Assembly: GCF_000737315.1 (NCBI RefSeq)
Contig: NZ_JMCB01000002.1
Location: forward strand, 372,001-436,000
DNA length: 64,000 nucleotides
Direction of reading: 5' to 3'
From: Hyalangium minutum
GTDB lineage: Bacteria; Myxococcota; Myxococcia; Myxococcales; Myxococcaceae
Below are positions 9,448-17,725 of the stretch, piece after piece. A model generated the notes under the pieces. The model saw nothing but the letters and a program-made list of their open reading frames with translations, made no database searches and was not told the origin of the DNA. Every line of letters begins with the position of its first letter. Position 1 is the stretch's first letter. Made by a program: the position numbers and the translations under genes.

Positions 9448-10331
9448 GTGAAGCGCCTTCGGCCCGTCCTCGCTGGACCCTGCCCCCCATCCCCGCGGTG
9501 CTCCTGGCTGTCGTGAGCGTGCAGGGCGGCGCCGCCTTCGCGAAGGAGCTGTTCCCTGTGCTCGGTTCGGCGGGCACGGCGGGCATGCGCATTGGGTTGT
9601 CCTCGCTTCTGCTGTTCGCGGCTTTCAGGCCGCGGCTCGCGCAGTTCACGCGCGCGCAGTGGGCCGCGGTCATCCCCTATGGGGTGGTGCTCGGCACGAT
9701 GAACCTGAGCTTCTACAAGGCGCTCGAGCGCATTCCCCTGGGACTGGCTGTCACGTTGGAGTTCGCCGGTCCCCTGGGCGTCGCGGTGTTCGGGTCGCGG
9801 CGCGCCTCGGACTTCCTGTGGGTGGTGCTCGCGGCGGCCGGCATCGCCTTTATCGCGCCGTGGCGCGGAGACGTCGGCGCCGTGGACTCGGTGGGGGTGC
9901 TGCTGGCGCTCTTCGCCGGAGGATGCTGGGCGGCCTACATCGTGCTCGGCGGGCGCGTGGCCAAGGTGCTCCCCGGTGGGGGGAGCGTCGCGACGGGGAT
10001 GCTGTTCGGCTCGCTGACGGTCCTGCCTTTCTCGTTCGCGGAGGGACTCGCGACACGGCTGACGCCTTCGCTGGTCGCGGCGTCCCTGGCGGTCGCGCTG
10101 CTCTCCAGCGCGGTGCCATACACCCTGGAGATGTCGGCGCTGCGGGTGCTGTCGAGCCGCACCTTCGGCATCCTGATGAGCCTGGAGCCAGCGGTGGCGG
10201 CCCTCGCGGGCTGGGTGTTCCTGCGAGAGCAGCTCACCGGGACGCAGTGGCTCGCGCTGGTGTGCGTGAGTGCTGCGTCCGCGGGAGCCGCGCTCACCGC
10301 TCGCCGTGGGCCTCCGCCTGTGGAGGCCTGA
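9444..10331 (+). CDS. rhtA: EamA/DMT transporter, RhtA-like threonine/homoserine exporter
   Basis: SVQGGAAFAK, MNLSFY, IPLGLAVTLEFAGPL, PYTLEM, FGILMSLEPA; ATGA overlap with doxX. Confidence 0.85.
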   Translation: MSEAPSARPRWTLPPIPAVLLAVVSVQGGAAFAKELFPVLGSAGTAGMRIGLSSLLLFAAFRPRLAQFTRAQWAAVIPYGVVLGTMNLSFYKALERIPLGLAVTLEFAGPLGVAVFGSRRASDFLWVVLAAAGIAFIAPWRGDVGAVDSVGVLLALFAGGCWAAYIVLGGRVAKVLPGGGSVATGMLFGSLTVLPFSFAEGLATRLTPSLVAASLAVALLSSAVPYTLEMSALRVLSSRTFGILMSLEPAVAALAGWVFLREQLTGTQWLALVCVSAASAGAALTARRGPPPVEA

Positions 10332-10387
10332 CACGGCGGTTCGGTCCTCCCTGAGCGGGAGTCCTGGAGCCAACAGGGGCTCTTGAA

Positions 10388-11596
10388 TCAGCAGCCGGTG
10401 TTGGCGCCGGCGCTCACGCCGAGCTTGCCCGTGAAGTTGAGGTAGTTGTTCACGCGGCTCTGGACCTGGCCGGGGTTCTTGCCGCCGCACTCCAGCGCAC
10501 CGTTGATGGTGCGGATGGTCTCGCCAAAGCCCCGGTTGTTCACCATGGCGTCGTGCCCCGTCATGGAGCCCGCGCCCGTCTGCGTCATCCAGAACCACAG
10601 GCCCGTGCGCCAGGCGACGTTCGCATCGCGCGCCACGAGGTCCGGGTCATCCCTGAGGTTGAGGCCCAGCGCGTTGCCCGCCGCGCAGTAGTTGCCGTTC
10701 CACGACAGCTGGATGGGGCCACGGCCGTAGTACCGCTTGCCCGCCGCGCAGTAGCAGCCCGGGGGGCCCCAGCTCGGGTCGCACATGTCGCTCTTGTTGA
10801 TCTCCTCGGTGTACACGAGCCCGCCTGTCTCGTGCGCCACGTTGGCCAGGAAGGCGGCAACCTCGCGCTTGCGCGTGTCCGTGTCGCCCGTGGTGGCGAA
10901 GGCGGGGAAGGTGCTGGCCGCGGCCACCAGCGCCGAGTAGCTGTAGAAGCCGTTGCGGCCGGGGAACATGGAGTTGAAGGTGGCCTCGCTCAGGATGGCG
11001 GCCAGGCCCGTGCCCGTGGGAGGGGGCGTGGTGCCACCGCTCACCTTGTCCAGGGTGAAGAGCTGGTTGGGGCCGCCCGAGTACGGGTACTGCACGTAGA
11101 TGGTGCCGTTGTTGGACGAGCCCCAGTACAGGTCGATGGCCATGCCCGTGTGGCGCGGGTGGAAGCTGAACTGGTTGTTACCGCGGGCGATGAACTGGAA
11201 TTGCTGGTTGGCGCCGCCCAAGTACGACCACTGGTGGACCTCGGCGTTCTGGGCGGTGCTCACCTCCTTGATGTCGAGCCCCTTGCCACTGTTGACGTTG
11301 ATGATCTTCCAGAAGCCATCGGAGGTGGGGGAGATGTGGAACTTCTGGGCATTGGTGCCATTGCAATCCCACTGCTGGACCTTGGCGCCATCGGCGGTGC
11401 TGGAGGAGGCGACGTCAACGCACTTGCCCGTCATGGCGGAGCGGATGACATAGTCGCCCTCGGAGAGGCTGGACACGATGGCGGCGCTCTCCAACTGGGA
11501 GAGTGGCTCCAAGGTCTCCATCTCGTTGGCGCCACATCCGCCCAGTCCAATCACACCCAACAACGATATACAGCGCAGCATGCTCATTCGGGACAC
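10388..11596 (-). CDS. Lipoprotein: ricin B lectin (RICIN) + GH19 chitinase
   Basis: Lipobox GLGGC; GKCVDV/QQW/NQ ricin repeats; HETGG, YYGRGPIQLSWNGNY, INGALEC GH19 motifs; GTG at 11596 with AAGGAG 6 nt upstream. Confidence 0.95.
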   Translation of the reverse strand: MSRMSMLRCISLLGVIGLGGCGANEMETLEPLSQLESAAIVSSLSEGDYVIRSAMTGKCVDVASSSTADGAKVQQWDCNGTNAQKFHISPTSDGFWKIINVNSGKGLDIKEVSTAQNAEVHQWSYLGGANQQFQFIARGNNQFSFHPRHTGMAIDLYWGSSNNGTIYVQYPYSGGPNQLFTLDKVSGGTTPPPTGTGLAAILSEATFNSMFPGRNGFYSYSALVAAASTFPAFATTGDTDTRKREVAAFLANVAHETGGLVYTEEINKSDMCDPSWGPPGCYCAAGKRYYGRGPIQLSWNGNYCAAGNALGLNLRDDPDLVARDANVAWRTGLWFWMTQTGAGSMTGHDAMVNNRGFGETIRTINGALECGGKNPGQVQSRVNNYLNFTGKLGVSAGANTGC

Positions 11597-11636
11597 TTGG
11601 TTCTCCTTGGGGGTAAGTGAAGCTGGCGGCCCCCAA

Positions 11637-11652
11637 AGCATTCCGCGTGCCA
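11637..11652 (-). promoter_or_regulatory. sigma54 promoter of the chitinase gene
   Basis: Minus strand TGGCACGCGGAATGCT matches TGGCACG-N4-TTGCW with one mismatch and exact GG-N10-GC spacing, about 40 bp upstream of the start. Confidence 0.7.
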
Positions 11653-11890
11653 AACCTGTCTTCTTCCGGATAGACCTGAATTCAATGCTTTAGCTGCTTA
11701 GCTGGGCTTCTTCCCTGGTGACAACTGTTATCGCCATGGTGACGGCACTCACCAGACACAAAAAAGCTGCGGGAGCGCGGCGGGGTGCGTCAAGGAGGGC
11801 GTCATGCGCCGCAACCGGCCGTTCATCCGCCGTTCATCTTTCTCCGACACGTTTTGCCTGTTAACTCAACGCAACAGGGTGGGAGCGCCG

Positions 11891-12511
11891 ATGTCGTGGA
11901 GAGTTGTGGTGCCGTGGTGGTTGATGGCGGTCCTCGTGGGGGCGTGCGCCTCGTCCGCTCCGTCTGAGCGCCCGGTGGGGCCGCCGCCCAAGGTCCTCTT
12001 CCAATCTCCCCTCGCGCTGCTGCTCGAGCACCACACCGAGCTGGAGCTCACCACTGAGCAGTTGATTGAGCTGGACCGGAGGGAAGCCGCCCTTCAGGAG
12101 AAGAACCGGCCCCTGCGCGAGAAGCTCCAGATGGGGCGAGGACGTGATCCGGAGCAGGGAGAGGCTCCACCGCCCGGAGGAGGCATCAGTGGCGGCCGAG
12201 GGGACCCCAGTGGCATGAGGGGGCACGGCATGGGCGGCATGGGCGGCCGTGGCATGGGCGGTAGGGGCGGCAGGGGCAGCGGCATGGGCGGGGGGCCTCG
12301 GCGCGAAGGGGCTCCCGAGGGCGAAGAGGCCCTGAAGCAGCGACAGGCCGTGCTGCGCGAGATGGAGGACAACGAGTCCGCTGCCTACAACGACGCCGAG
12401 CCCCTCCTGAACGAAGAGCAGAAGGCGAAGGCTCGCGAGCTTGTCTCGCGGCAGCGCGAGGAGCGGATCCGCATTCGTGACGAAGGGCCAGCCGGACGGG
12501 CCCGCCCGTGA
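11891..12511 (+). CDS. Spy/CpxP-like (LTXXQ) lipoprotein with Gly/Met/Arg-rich insert
   Basis: Lipobox LVGAC; LELTTEQ and LLNEEQ motifs; GMGGMGGRGMGG low-complexity tract. Confidence 0.65.
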   Translation: MSWRVVVPWWLMAVLVGACASSAPSERPVGPPPKVLFQSPLALLLEHHTELELTTEQLIELDRREAALQEKNRPLREKLQMGRGRDPEQGEAPPPGGGISGGRGDPSGMRGHGMGGMGGRGMGGRGGRGSGMGGGPRREGAPEGEEALKQRQAVLREMEDNESAAYNDAEPLLNEEQKAKARELVSRQREERIRIRDEGPAGRARP

Positions 12512-12532
12512 GGCTGGGAAGTGCCCAGCCTC
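12510..12532. terminator. Hairpin between convergent genes
   Basis: GAGGCTGGG-AAGTG-CCCAGCCTC 9-bp stem; no U-tract. Confidence 0.35.
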
Positions 12533-12552
12533 CGAGGAAGCTCCTGGCCTCC

Positions 12553-13587
12553 TCAGTAATGGATGCGAGCGCTCTGGGCTCGATGGCCCGAGTAGTTCAA
12601 GTCTTCCCGGTCACTCCCGGTGAACTGCAGGTCAGCGGCATCCCCCTCGTTGTAGGTCACCGTGTGGCCATGCGATGAGGTCGCCGCCGCATTGAAGAAG
12701 AGGAAGTCGATGCGGCCTCCCGCCCCGCCCGTCCAGTTGTCCTCCAGGCAGCTCTGGCTCCCGGAGCAGGCTTCGTAGATCGGATCGTTCCAGCCGTAGT
12801 CGATCGTGCTCGCAATGTGGGCGTTCGCTTGCTTGTACCAGTCCTTGTAGCCGTTGCTGCCGGAGTCGCTCTCGTTGGAGTCGACACCCCAGACCATCAG
12901 GTTGGTGCCGCTGATCCCCCGCATCTTCGTGTCCGTGAGCTGGATGTTCTTCTCGGCGCACCCGGGGTCCGAGGCCGGTCCCTCCTGGTTGGTGGGCCAG
13001 TGCGACGAGCCGACGACGACCTTCTTGCCGGTGATGAGGTCCGTGAAGGCCATGCGCACGCCAATGGAGCGCGCCTGGGTGTTCATCACGCACGAGCCGT
13101 TGGCGCCCTTGTAGACCTGCCACGTCGCCTTCGTGCCCGAGATGGGCTGCAGGCGTCCGGTGCGATAGATGATGGCGTTGGTCTGGTAATCCTTCGCGGC
13201 GCCACAGGGGCTGTTCATGGCATCCGGGTTCGCCTCGGCCACGATGGAGGAGTACAGGCCGGGCAGGTTGTCCTCTATGAACTTCGCGAGCGTGGCCGCC
13301 TGGGTGGCGCCACTCATCTGGTGGACGATGAAGACGTCGGGCGAGTACGCCTGCGTCTTCATGTAATAGATGAGGTCCTGCCAGTCCCCCGCGCATTGAT
13401 CGCTGGCGGTCGGCAGGTTCTCGTAGTTCACGTTGTAGACCACCAGGAAGCCGGTGTTCTCGTTCACGCCGATCGCCTGGGGCACCGTGCCCAGCGCGCC
13501 GGACTCCTCCACGCCTTCTGCTTCGACGCCTCCACAGCCCGCCACGCACAGCGAGACCAGCACCAGGACCGCAACCTTGAAGTTCAT
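12553..13587 (-). CDS. Secreted lipoprotein of the endonuclease/exonuclease/phosphatase (EEP) fold, variant active site
   Basis: Lipobox CVAGC; VVYNV, DVFIVHQ, GVDSNE, RIDFLF, YSGHRA occupy EEP motif positions. Start 13587 or 13605. Confidence 0.65.
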   Translation of the reverse strand: MNFKVAVLVLVSLCVAGCGGVEAEGVEESGALGTVPQAIGVNENTGFLVVYNVNYENLPTASDQCAGDWQDLIYYMKTQAYSPDVFIVHQMSGATQAATLAKFIEDNLPGLYSSIVAEANPDAMNSPCGAAKDYQTNAIIYRTGRLQPISGTKATWQVYKGANGSCVMNTQARSIGVRMAFTDLITGKKVVVGSSHWPTNQEGPASDPGCAEKNIQLTDTKMRGISGTNLMVWGVDSNESDSGSNGYKDWYKQANAHIASTIDYGWNDPIYEACSGSQSCLEDNWTGGAGGRIDFLFFNAAATSSHGHTVTYNEGDAADLQFTGSDREDLNYSGHRAQSARIHY

Positions 13588-13693
13588 GGGCACCTTCACC
13601 GCCATTCGAGCTGAGGGATTCAGGCTCGATAGGAAGGAGGGCCGGACCTGGCGCGCATCCCAGGAAAAATGAGAAATCCGTGTGACGCGCTCT

Positions 13694-14125
13694 TCAGTCC
13701 CAGTGCTCGAGCTCAAGCATTGGCGGCAGCGCCCAGGAATGGCGCCTCGCCTCGTAGACAGAGACCGTGGGTGACGGAAAGCTGGGATCGGCGAAGGCAC
13801 CGACGGCAACGGAGATGAAGTCCGGCAAGGTGCTGGGCTCCCAGTACACGGTGGAGCCACACACCGGACAGAAGTGGAGGGTGGCGGAGTTACCGCTGTC
13901 TCCCACCCGCGAGAACGCGGTGGAGCGCCCTTCGATGGCAGAGACGTCCTGTCGGCGGAACCGGGCTTGCGTCCCGAAGACGCTCCCGGTCCTTCGCTGA
14001 CACTCCAGGCAGTGGCATATCGACACCCGGACGGGCTCGCCCGTGCACACCACCCGCAACTGGCCACAACTACAGGATGCTCGACGCAAGGGCGTCCTCT
14101 TTCTATAGGGAGGTGCGCAGAGCAT
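13694..14125 (-). CDS. GFA/CENP-V family Zn-binding protein
   Basis: CSCG, CHCLECQRRTG and FCPVCGS motifs. Confidence 0.92.
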   Translation of the reverse strand: MLCAPPYRKRTPLRRASCSCGQLRVVCTGEPVRVSICHCLECQRRTGSVFGTQARFRRQDVSAIEGRSTAFSRVGDSGNSATLHFCPVCGSTVYWEPSTLPDFISVAVGAFADPSFPSPTVSVYEARRHSWALPPMLELEHWD

Positions 14126-14162
14126 CAGAGCTTGCTTAGCCCCACCGCTCAAGGAGGTTCGC

Positions 14163-14954
14163 ATGCCGAAAACGATGACGCTGTCCCAGGTGATGAAGCA
14201 GCTCGAGGGGCAGGGCGACGAGAAGGTGCGCCAGCGCTACGTGCGCGATGGCGCAGGGGACAACGTTTTCGGCGTGCTGCTCGGCAAGATCCGTGGCCTC
14301 GCAGAGGCGCTCGGGACGAACCACGGGCTCGGCCTGGAGCTGTGGGCGACGGGCAACCACGAGGCGCGCATCCTCGCGTGCATGCTGCTCGATCCCGCGG
14401 CGCTCACCGAGAAGGAGGCGCGCGCGCTCCTCGAGCCGCTCTCGAATCAGACCCTGGTCGACGAGCTCGTCGGACGCGTGCTCGTGCATGCGCCCATCGC
14501 CGAGGCGCTGCAGGTGCGGTGGATGGATGGCAGCAAGGAACTTCCCCGCCGCGCTGGGTGGAAGCTCCTCGCCGGGCGCATCGCGCGCGGGCTCGCGAAG
14601 GACCTCGATGTCCGCGCGACGCTCGCGCGCATCGAGCATGAGTTGCCACCCGCCCCGTACCGGGTGAAGGAGGGCATCAACTTCTGCCTCGTCTGGATCG
14701 GCCTCCACCTGCCCGCGTACACGCAGGAGGCCATTGCCATCGGCGAGCGCCTCGGACGGTGGGACCCGCGACCGATCCCGAAGGGCTGCACGTCGAGCTA
14801 TGCGCCGGAGTGGATCGCGGCGTCACTCGCGCTGCGTCGAGGCGAGAAGACCGAGGCACGAAAGGCGATGGATGCGGCCGCAAAGGCGAAGGCCACTCCG
14901 GCCAGGAAGAAGAGCGCTGGGAAGAGGCCTCCTGCCAAGAAGAGGGCGCGCTGA
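14163..14954 (+). CDS. DNA alkylation repair (AlkD-like HEAT) protein with basic C-terminal tail
   Basis: FGV..GKIRGLA, LWATGNHEARILA, VKEGINFCL; tail AKAKATPARKKSAGKRPPAKKRAR. Confidence 0.75.
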   Translation: MPKTMTLSQVMKQLEGQGDEKVRQRYVRDGAGDNVFGVLLGKIRGLAEALGTNHGLGLELWATGNHEARILACMLLDPAALTEKEARALLEPLSNQTLVDELVGRVLVHAPIAEALQVRWMDGSKELPRRAGWKLLAGRIARGLAKDLDVRATLARIEHELPPAPYRVKEGINFCLVWIGLHLPAYTQEAIAIGERLGRWDPRPIPKGCTSSYAPEWIAASLALRRGEKTEARKAMDAAAKAKATPARKKSAGKRPPAKKRAR

Positions 14955-15029
14955 CATCGCGCGCTCTTGGGCCGGCTCTTGCCTCGCCGCTGCCCAAGGC
15001 GGGGGGAGCTCAGGCTGCGAAACACCCCG

Positions 15030-15854
15030 TCAAAGGCTCTTGAAGTGCTTTTGGAGCCATGGACAGAGCAGCATCACCGCCACCCAAGCCAGCGCGAGCA
15101 GCACCAGGCCTCCCGTGCTGCCCGAGGTGCTGCATCCACCCCAGGGTGATTCGCGCACGCAGCGCTGCTCGAGGGTGACCGGGACGGGCTCGGATCTGTT
15201 GCCGGCGAGATCCACCGCGGTGAGCGTGCCCCGAATCGTGCGATTCGCGGCGGGACACGAGAACGCCAGACTTGCCTCGGCGGGGAGCCCTGCGGCCAGG
15301 AGCGTGTCACCCTCGTGGAGAAGGTACGTGACCGCACCCGCGCTGCTGGCAGTGAGCCGGGCGAAGCCGGTTTCCACGAAGCACTCCGCGCCGCTTGCTT
15401 CCTCTTGCGGAACATAAGGGAGGATCTTCCCCACCGTGACAGACGGAGCCGCAGGCGCGGTCCCATCTTCGGAACTCCCGGTGGTGAAGGAGGTGAGGGT
15501 GATGGGGCCGCCCCCTTGCTGGAGCAACTCGATCCGGTAGCGGGAGTTCGCCGCGAGGGGCGACTCCGGGATGAGCTCGGCGTTCTCGTGAGTGCCATCT
15601 CCTGGCTTCCAGGAGAGCGTGAAGGGCACATTCTCCACGGAGCCATTCGGGCCCTCGCGCAGCCAGGCGAACGAGCGGGTTGCGCTCTTGAAGGTCAACA
15701 GGCTCACGTGAGCATTGAGTGGGACCTCGGTCTGCTGCTGCTTGGGAACGACGTGGTACCAGAGCGCGATGTCACACGCCCAGGACGGGCCCGCGGCTCC
15801 GAGGAACCCCGCCAGGGCGATGCCCCAGGCCCAGCTTGCTGAAATCCGCTTCAT
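15030..15854 (-). CDS. Secreted Ig-like domain protein with MYXO-CTERM-like sorting tail
   Basis: Signal peptide; VPLN...PESPLAANSRY Big_5-like domain; DGTAP..P; AVDLAGNRS; GGCSTS + TM. Confidence 0.75.
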   Translation of the reverse strand: MKRISASWAWGIALAGFLGAAGPSWACDIALWYHVVPKQQQTEVPLNAHVSLLTFKSATRSFAWLREGPNGSVENVPFTLSWKPGDGTHENAELIPESPLAANSRYRIELLQQGGGPITLTSFTTGSSEDGTAPAAPSVTVGKILPYVPQEEASGAECFVETGFARLTASSAGAVTYLLHEGDTLLAAGLPAEASLAFSCPAANRTIRGTLTAVDLAGNRSEPVPVTLEQRCVRESPWGGCSTSGSTGGLVLLALAWVAVMLLCPWLQKHFKSL

Positions 15855-15881
15855 GTATGGCTGCCTCCCGCGCCAGCAGTC

Positions 15882-15897
15882 AGCAATCGCTGTGCCG
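15882..15897 (-). promoter_or_regulatory. sigma54 promoter of the Ig-like gene
   Basis: Minus strand CGGCACAGCGATTGCT with exact GG-N10-GC spacing, directly upstream of GGGAGG SD and ATG 15854. Confidence 0.65.
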
Positions 15898-16199
15898 CAC
15901 CGCAAAGGGCGGGAGTTCCCAGGCGCCGCCTCGCTCCATCCACGGGGAGTGAGGCTCCAGCTCTCAGAAAAGTGAGGCGGTGCCCCTGGCCCCTGTCCGT
16001 TCCAGCTCCTCCGCCACCTCCGCTGTACTGTGCTCCAGCCGCGTCCTGCACTTACCGCAACAGCAACGCGCAGAACCCCCCATCACCTACAACCCCCACG
16101 GTGAACCAGGCCACAGAGTTCCCAACACTACCGCTGTGGAGTTCCCGCAGGGGGTGCAGCCCTGAATCGACGAGCCGCGCCGCGGCCGCCGCACGGCCT

Positions 16200-16330
16200 C
16201 CGGGAGGGACTTACGCAACAGCGTCAGCGCCGCCAGCAGCGCCGCGCCCAGCGTGACCAGCACGCCGTACGAGCCTGTCGAGGCGACCGCCGCGGCGACG
16301 ACGCCCACGAGCAGCTCTTGGACCTGAGGA
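16200..16330 (-). pseudogene. 3' relic of a membrane protein (two TM segments, MFS-like)
   Basis: QELLVGVVAAAVASTGSYGVLVTLGAALLAALTLLRK with strongly GC3-biased codons and no own start. Confidence 0.35.
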
Positions 16331-16369
16331 CGAGCTACCTCAAGGCATTGAGTGCCGATCCTTGCCACT

Positions 16370-16580
16370 TTGCGCTGGAAGGTGGCTCCACGTCCCAGCG
16401 TCAATGGCGCCGATGCTCAACCGCTCCGAGGTCGAATCCGCTCTCTCTCAGTTCCTCCCCTTCGAGCACACTGAGCTCCGATGGAGTGAACTTGATGGCG
16501 TTGTGGACGAGGTGGTCCAGACCTGATTCAGCAGGTCCTCGTCTGCGGTCTGGACCACTTCGTCGAGGCCCGCCTCGATT
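16370..16580 (-). pseudogene. Degraded sensor histidine kinase (HATPase_c) fragment
   Basis: IEAGLDEVVQTADEDLLNQVWT, then after a 1-nt deletion LVHNAIKFTP (N box), then a stop and TLGRGATF (G2 box) in another frame; G1/F boxes deleted. Confidence 0.7.
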
Positions 16581-17366
16581 TCAGTACACCTGGTACCCAT
16601 TCAGGAACAGGTCTACCTGCAGGAGATAGGAGTCCTCACCTGCATGCGCGTAAGAGTCCCAGTAGTAGAATGTGCCGTCGTTGTTCGGTTGGATGCCGAG
16701 GGAATGAGCCGTGGTCGTAGCCTGGTCATCCCATCCCCAATCCCAGTTATAGTAGCTGCCGTTTATCTGCTGAGCCCAAGGATTGTAATAGGACGCTGTA
16801 CAAGAGTTAACGTACCAATGCGTATCAACGGGATAGGGCTGGCCCGTTCCATTGTAGGGCGTGCAGTTTCCATACACATTGCTGATCCCAATCGACCCGT
16901 CGGTATAGACATACCAGAGCACATAGTTCAGAGTCGTGGCGAGATCGATCTGGGGAAGGTCCTCTGTGATGATCTTGCCCTCTGCATACCAATAGCCAGG
17001 GCTGATGGCATTCGGCGTGTAGTCCGGCACCTTTCTCCCAGTCTGGCCCTTCAACCACTCACTCGGAACCTCTTTCTTGGTGGCCTTGTAGGTTCTTGTC
17101 TTGAGATCGATTTCGAGGTGGTAATAGAGGGGAGAATCTCCGATCCGAAAGATGCCTCTCGTCTCGATGCGCGCGCCATCCTCCTCAATCGACGCATGCA
17201 GGGAGGCGTTGAGCTGTTCGCTCTGAGGGTTTGCCTTCAGTTCGAACCGACTGCCTTTCTGGGGGAGCCCTTCAAGGGACTCCCTGCTGGTACTGGATGG
17301 CTCCGCTCCTGCGAGTGCTCCCATCAGGCCATAGGCTGCGGCAAGACCGATGCTCCAGCGCTTCAT
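16581..17366 (-). CDS. Low-GC orphan secreted protein, aromatic-rich C-terminal domain
   Basis: AGGAGG SD 6 nt before ATG; signal peptide MKRWSIGLAAAYGLMGALAGA; W/Y-rich C-half with two Cys. Confidence 0.7.
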   Translation of the reverse strand: MKRWSIGLAAAYGLMGALAGAEPSSTSRESLEGLPQKGSRFELKANPQSEQLNASLHASIEEDGARIETRGIFRIGDSPLYYHLEIDLKTRTYKATKKEVPSEWLKGQTGRKVPDYTPNAISPGYWYAEGKIITEDLPQIDLATTLNYVLWYVYTDGSIGISNVYGNCTPYNGTGQPYPVDTHWYVNSCTASYYNPWAQQINGSYYNWDWGWDDQATTTAHSLGIQPNNDGTFYYWDSYAHAGEDSYLLQVDLFLNGYQVY

Positions 17367-17725
17367 CATGATCCTCCTTGGAAAATTCGTCGGATTGATT
17401 TGCGGACCACATGAGAGGTGTTTGGCTTGTCCCCGAGGCTGCTTTCGCGAAGCCAGGAAAAACTCTCTCACATGGATAGAGACTCTGAGAAGGAAAATGA
17501 TGCGAAAGAAGAGAAGTGGATAATGATCCAGCAATTCTGATCTGGTTGGAAACAAGCCATGAAAGTGTCACGCCGAGGACCGCTGAGGCATCCCTCAAAT
17601 AGTCCCAACACTTCGCGAAAGACGGGTTGCGCTGAGACGAGTTGAGCGAAGCGCTCCTTGTAAGGACGCCGGCGATGCTCGGGCATGTAGGGGATGGCCT
17701 GTGGGCGGGAGAGCTGGCCCCCGCT

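Noticed and set aside
16506-16564. 17/18-bp inverted repeat as transposon end or terminator
   Set aside because: Both arms fall within the reconstructed kinase coding relic; no U-tract, target duplication or transposase. It could still form a hairpin after the 16581 gene.
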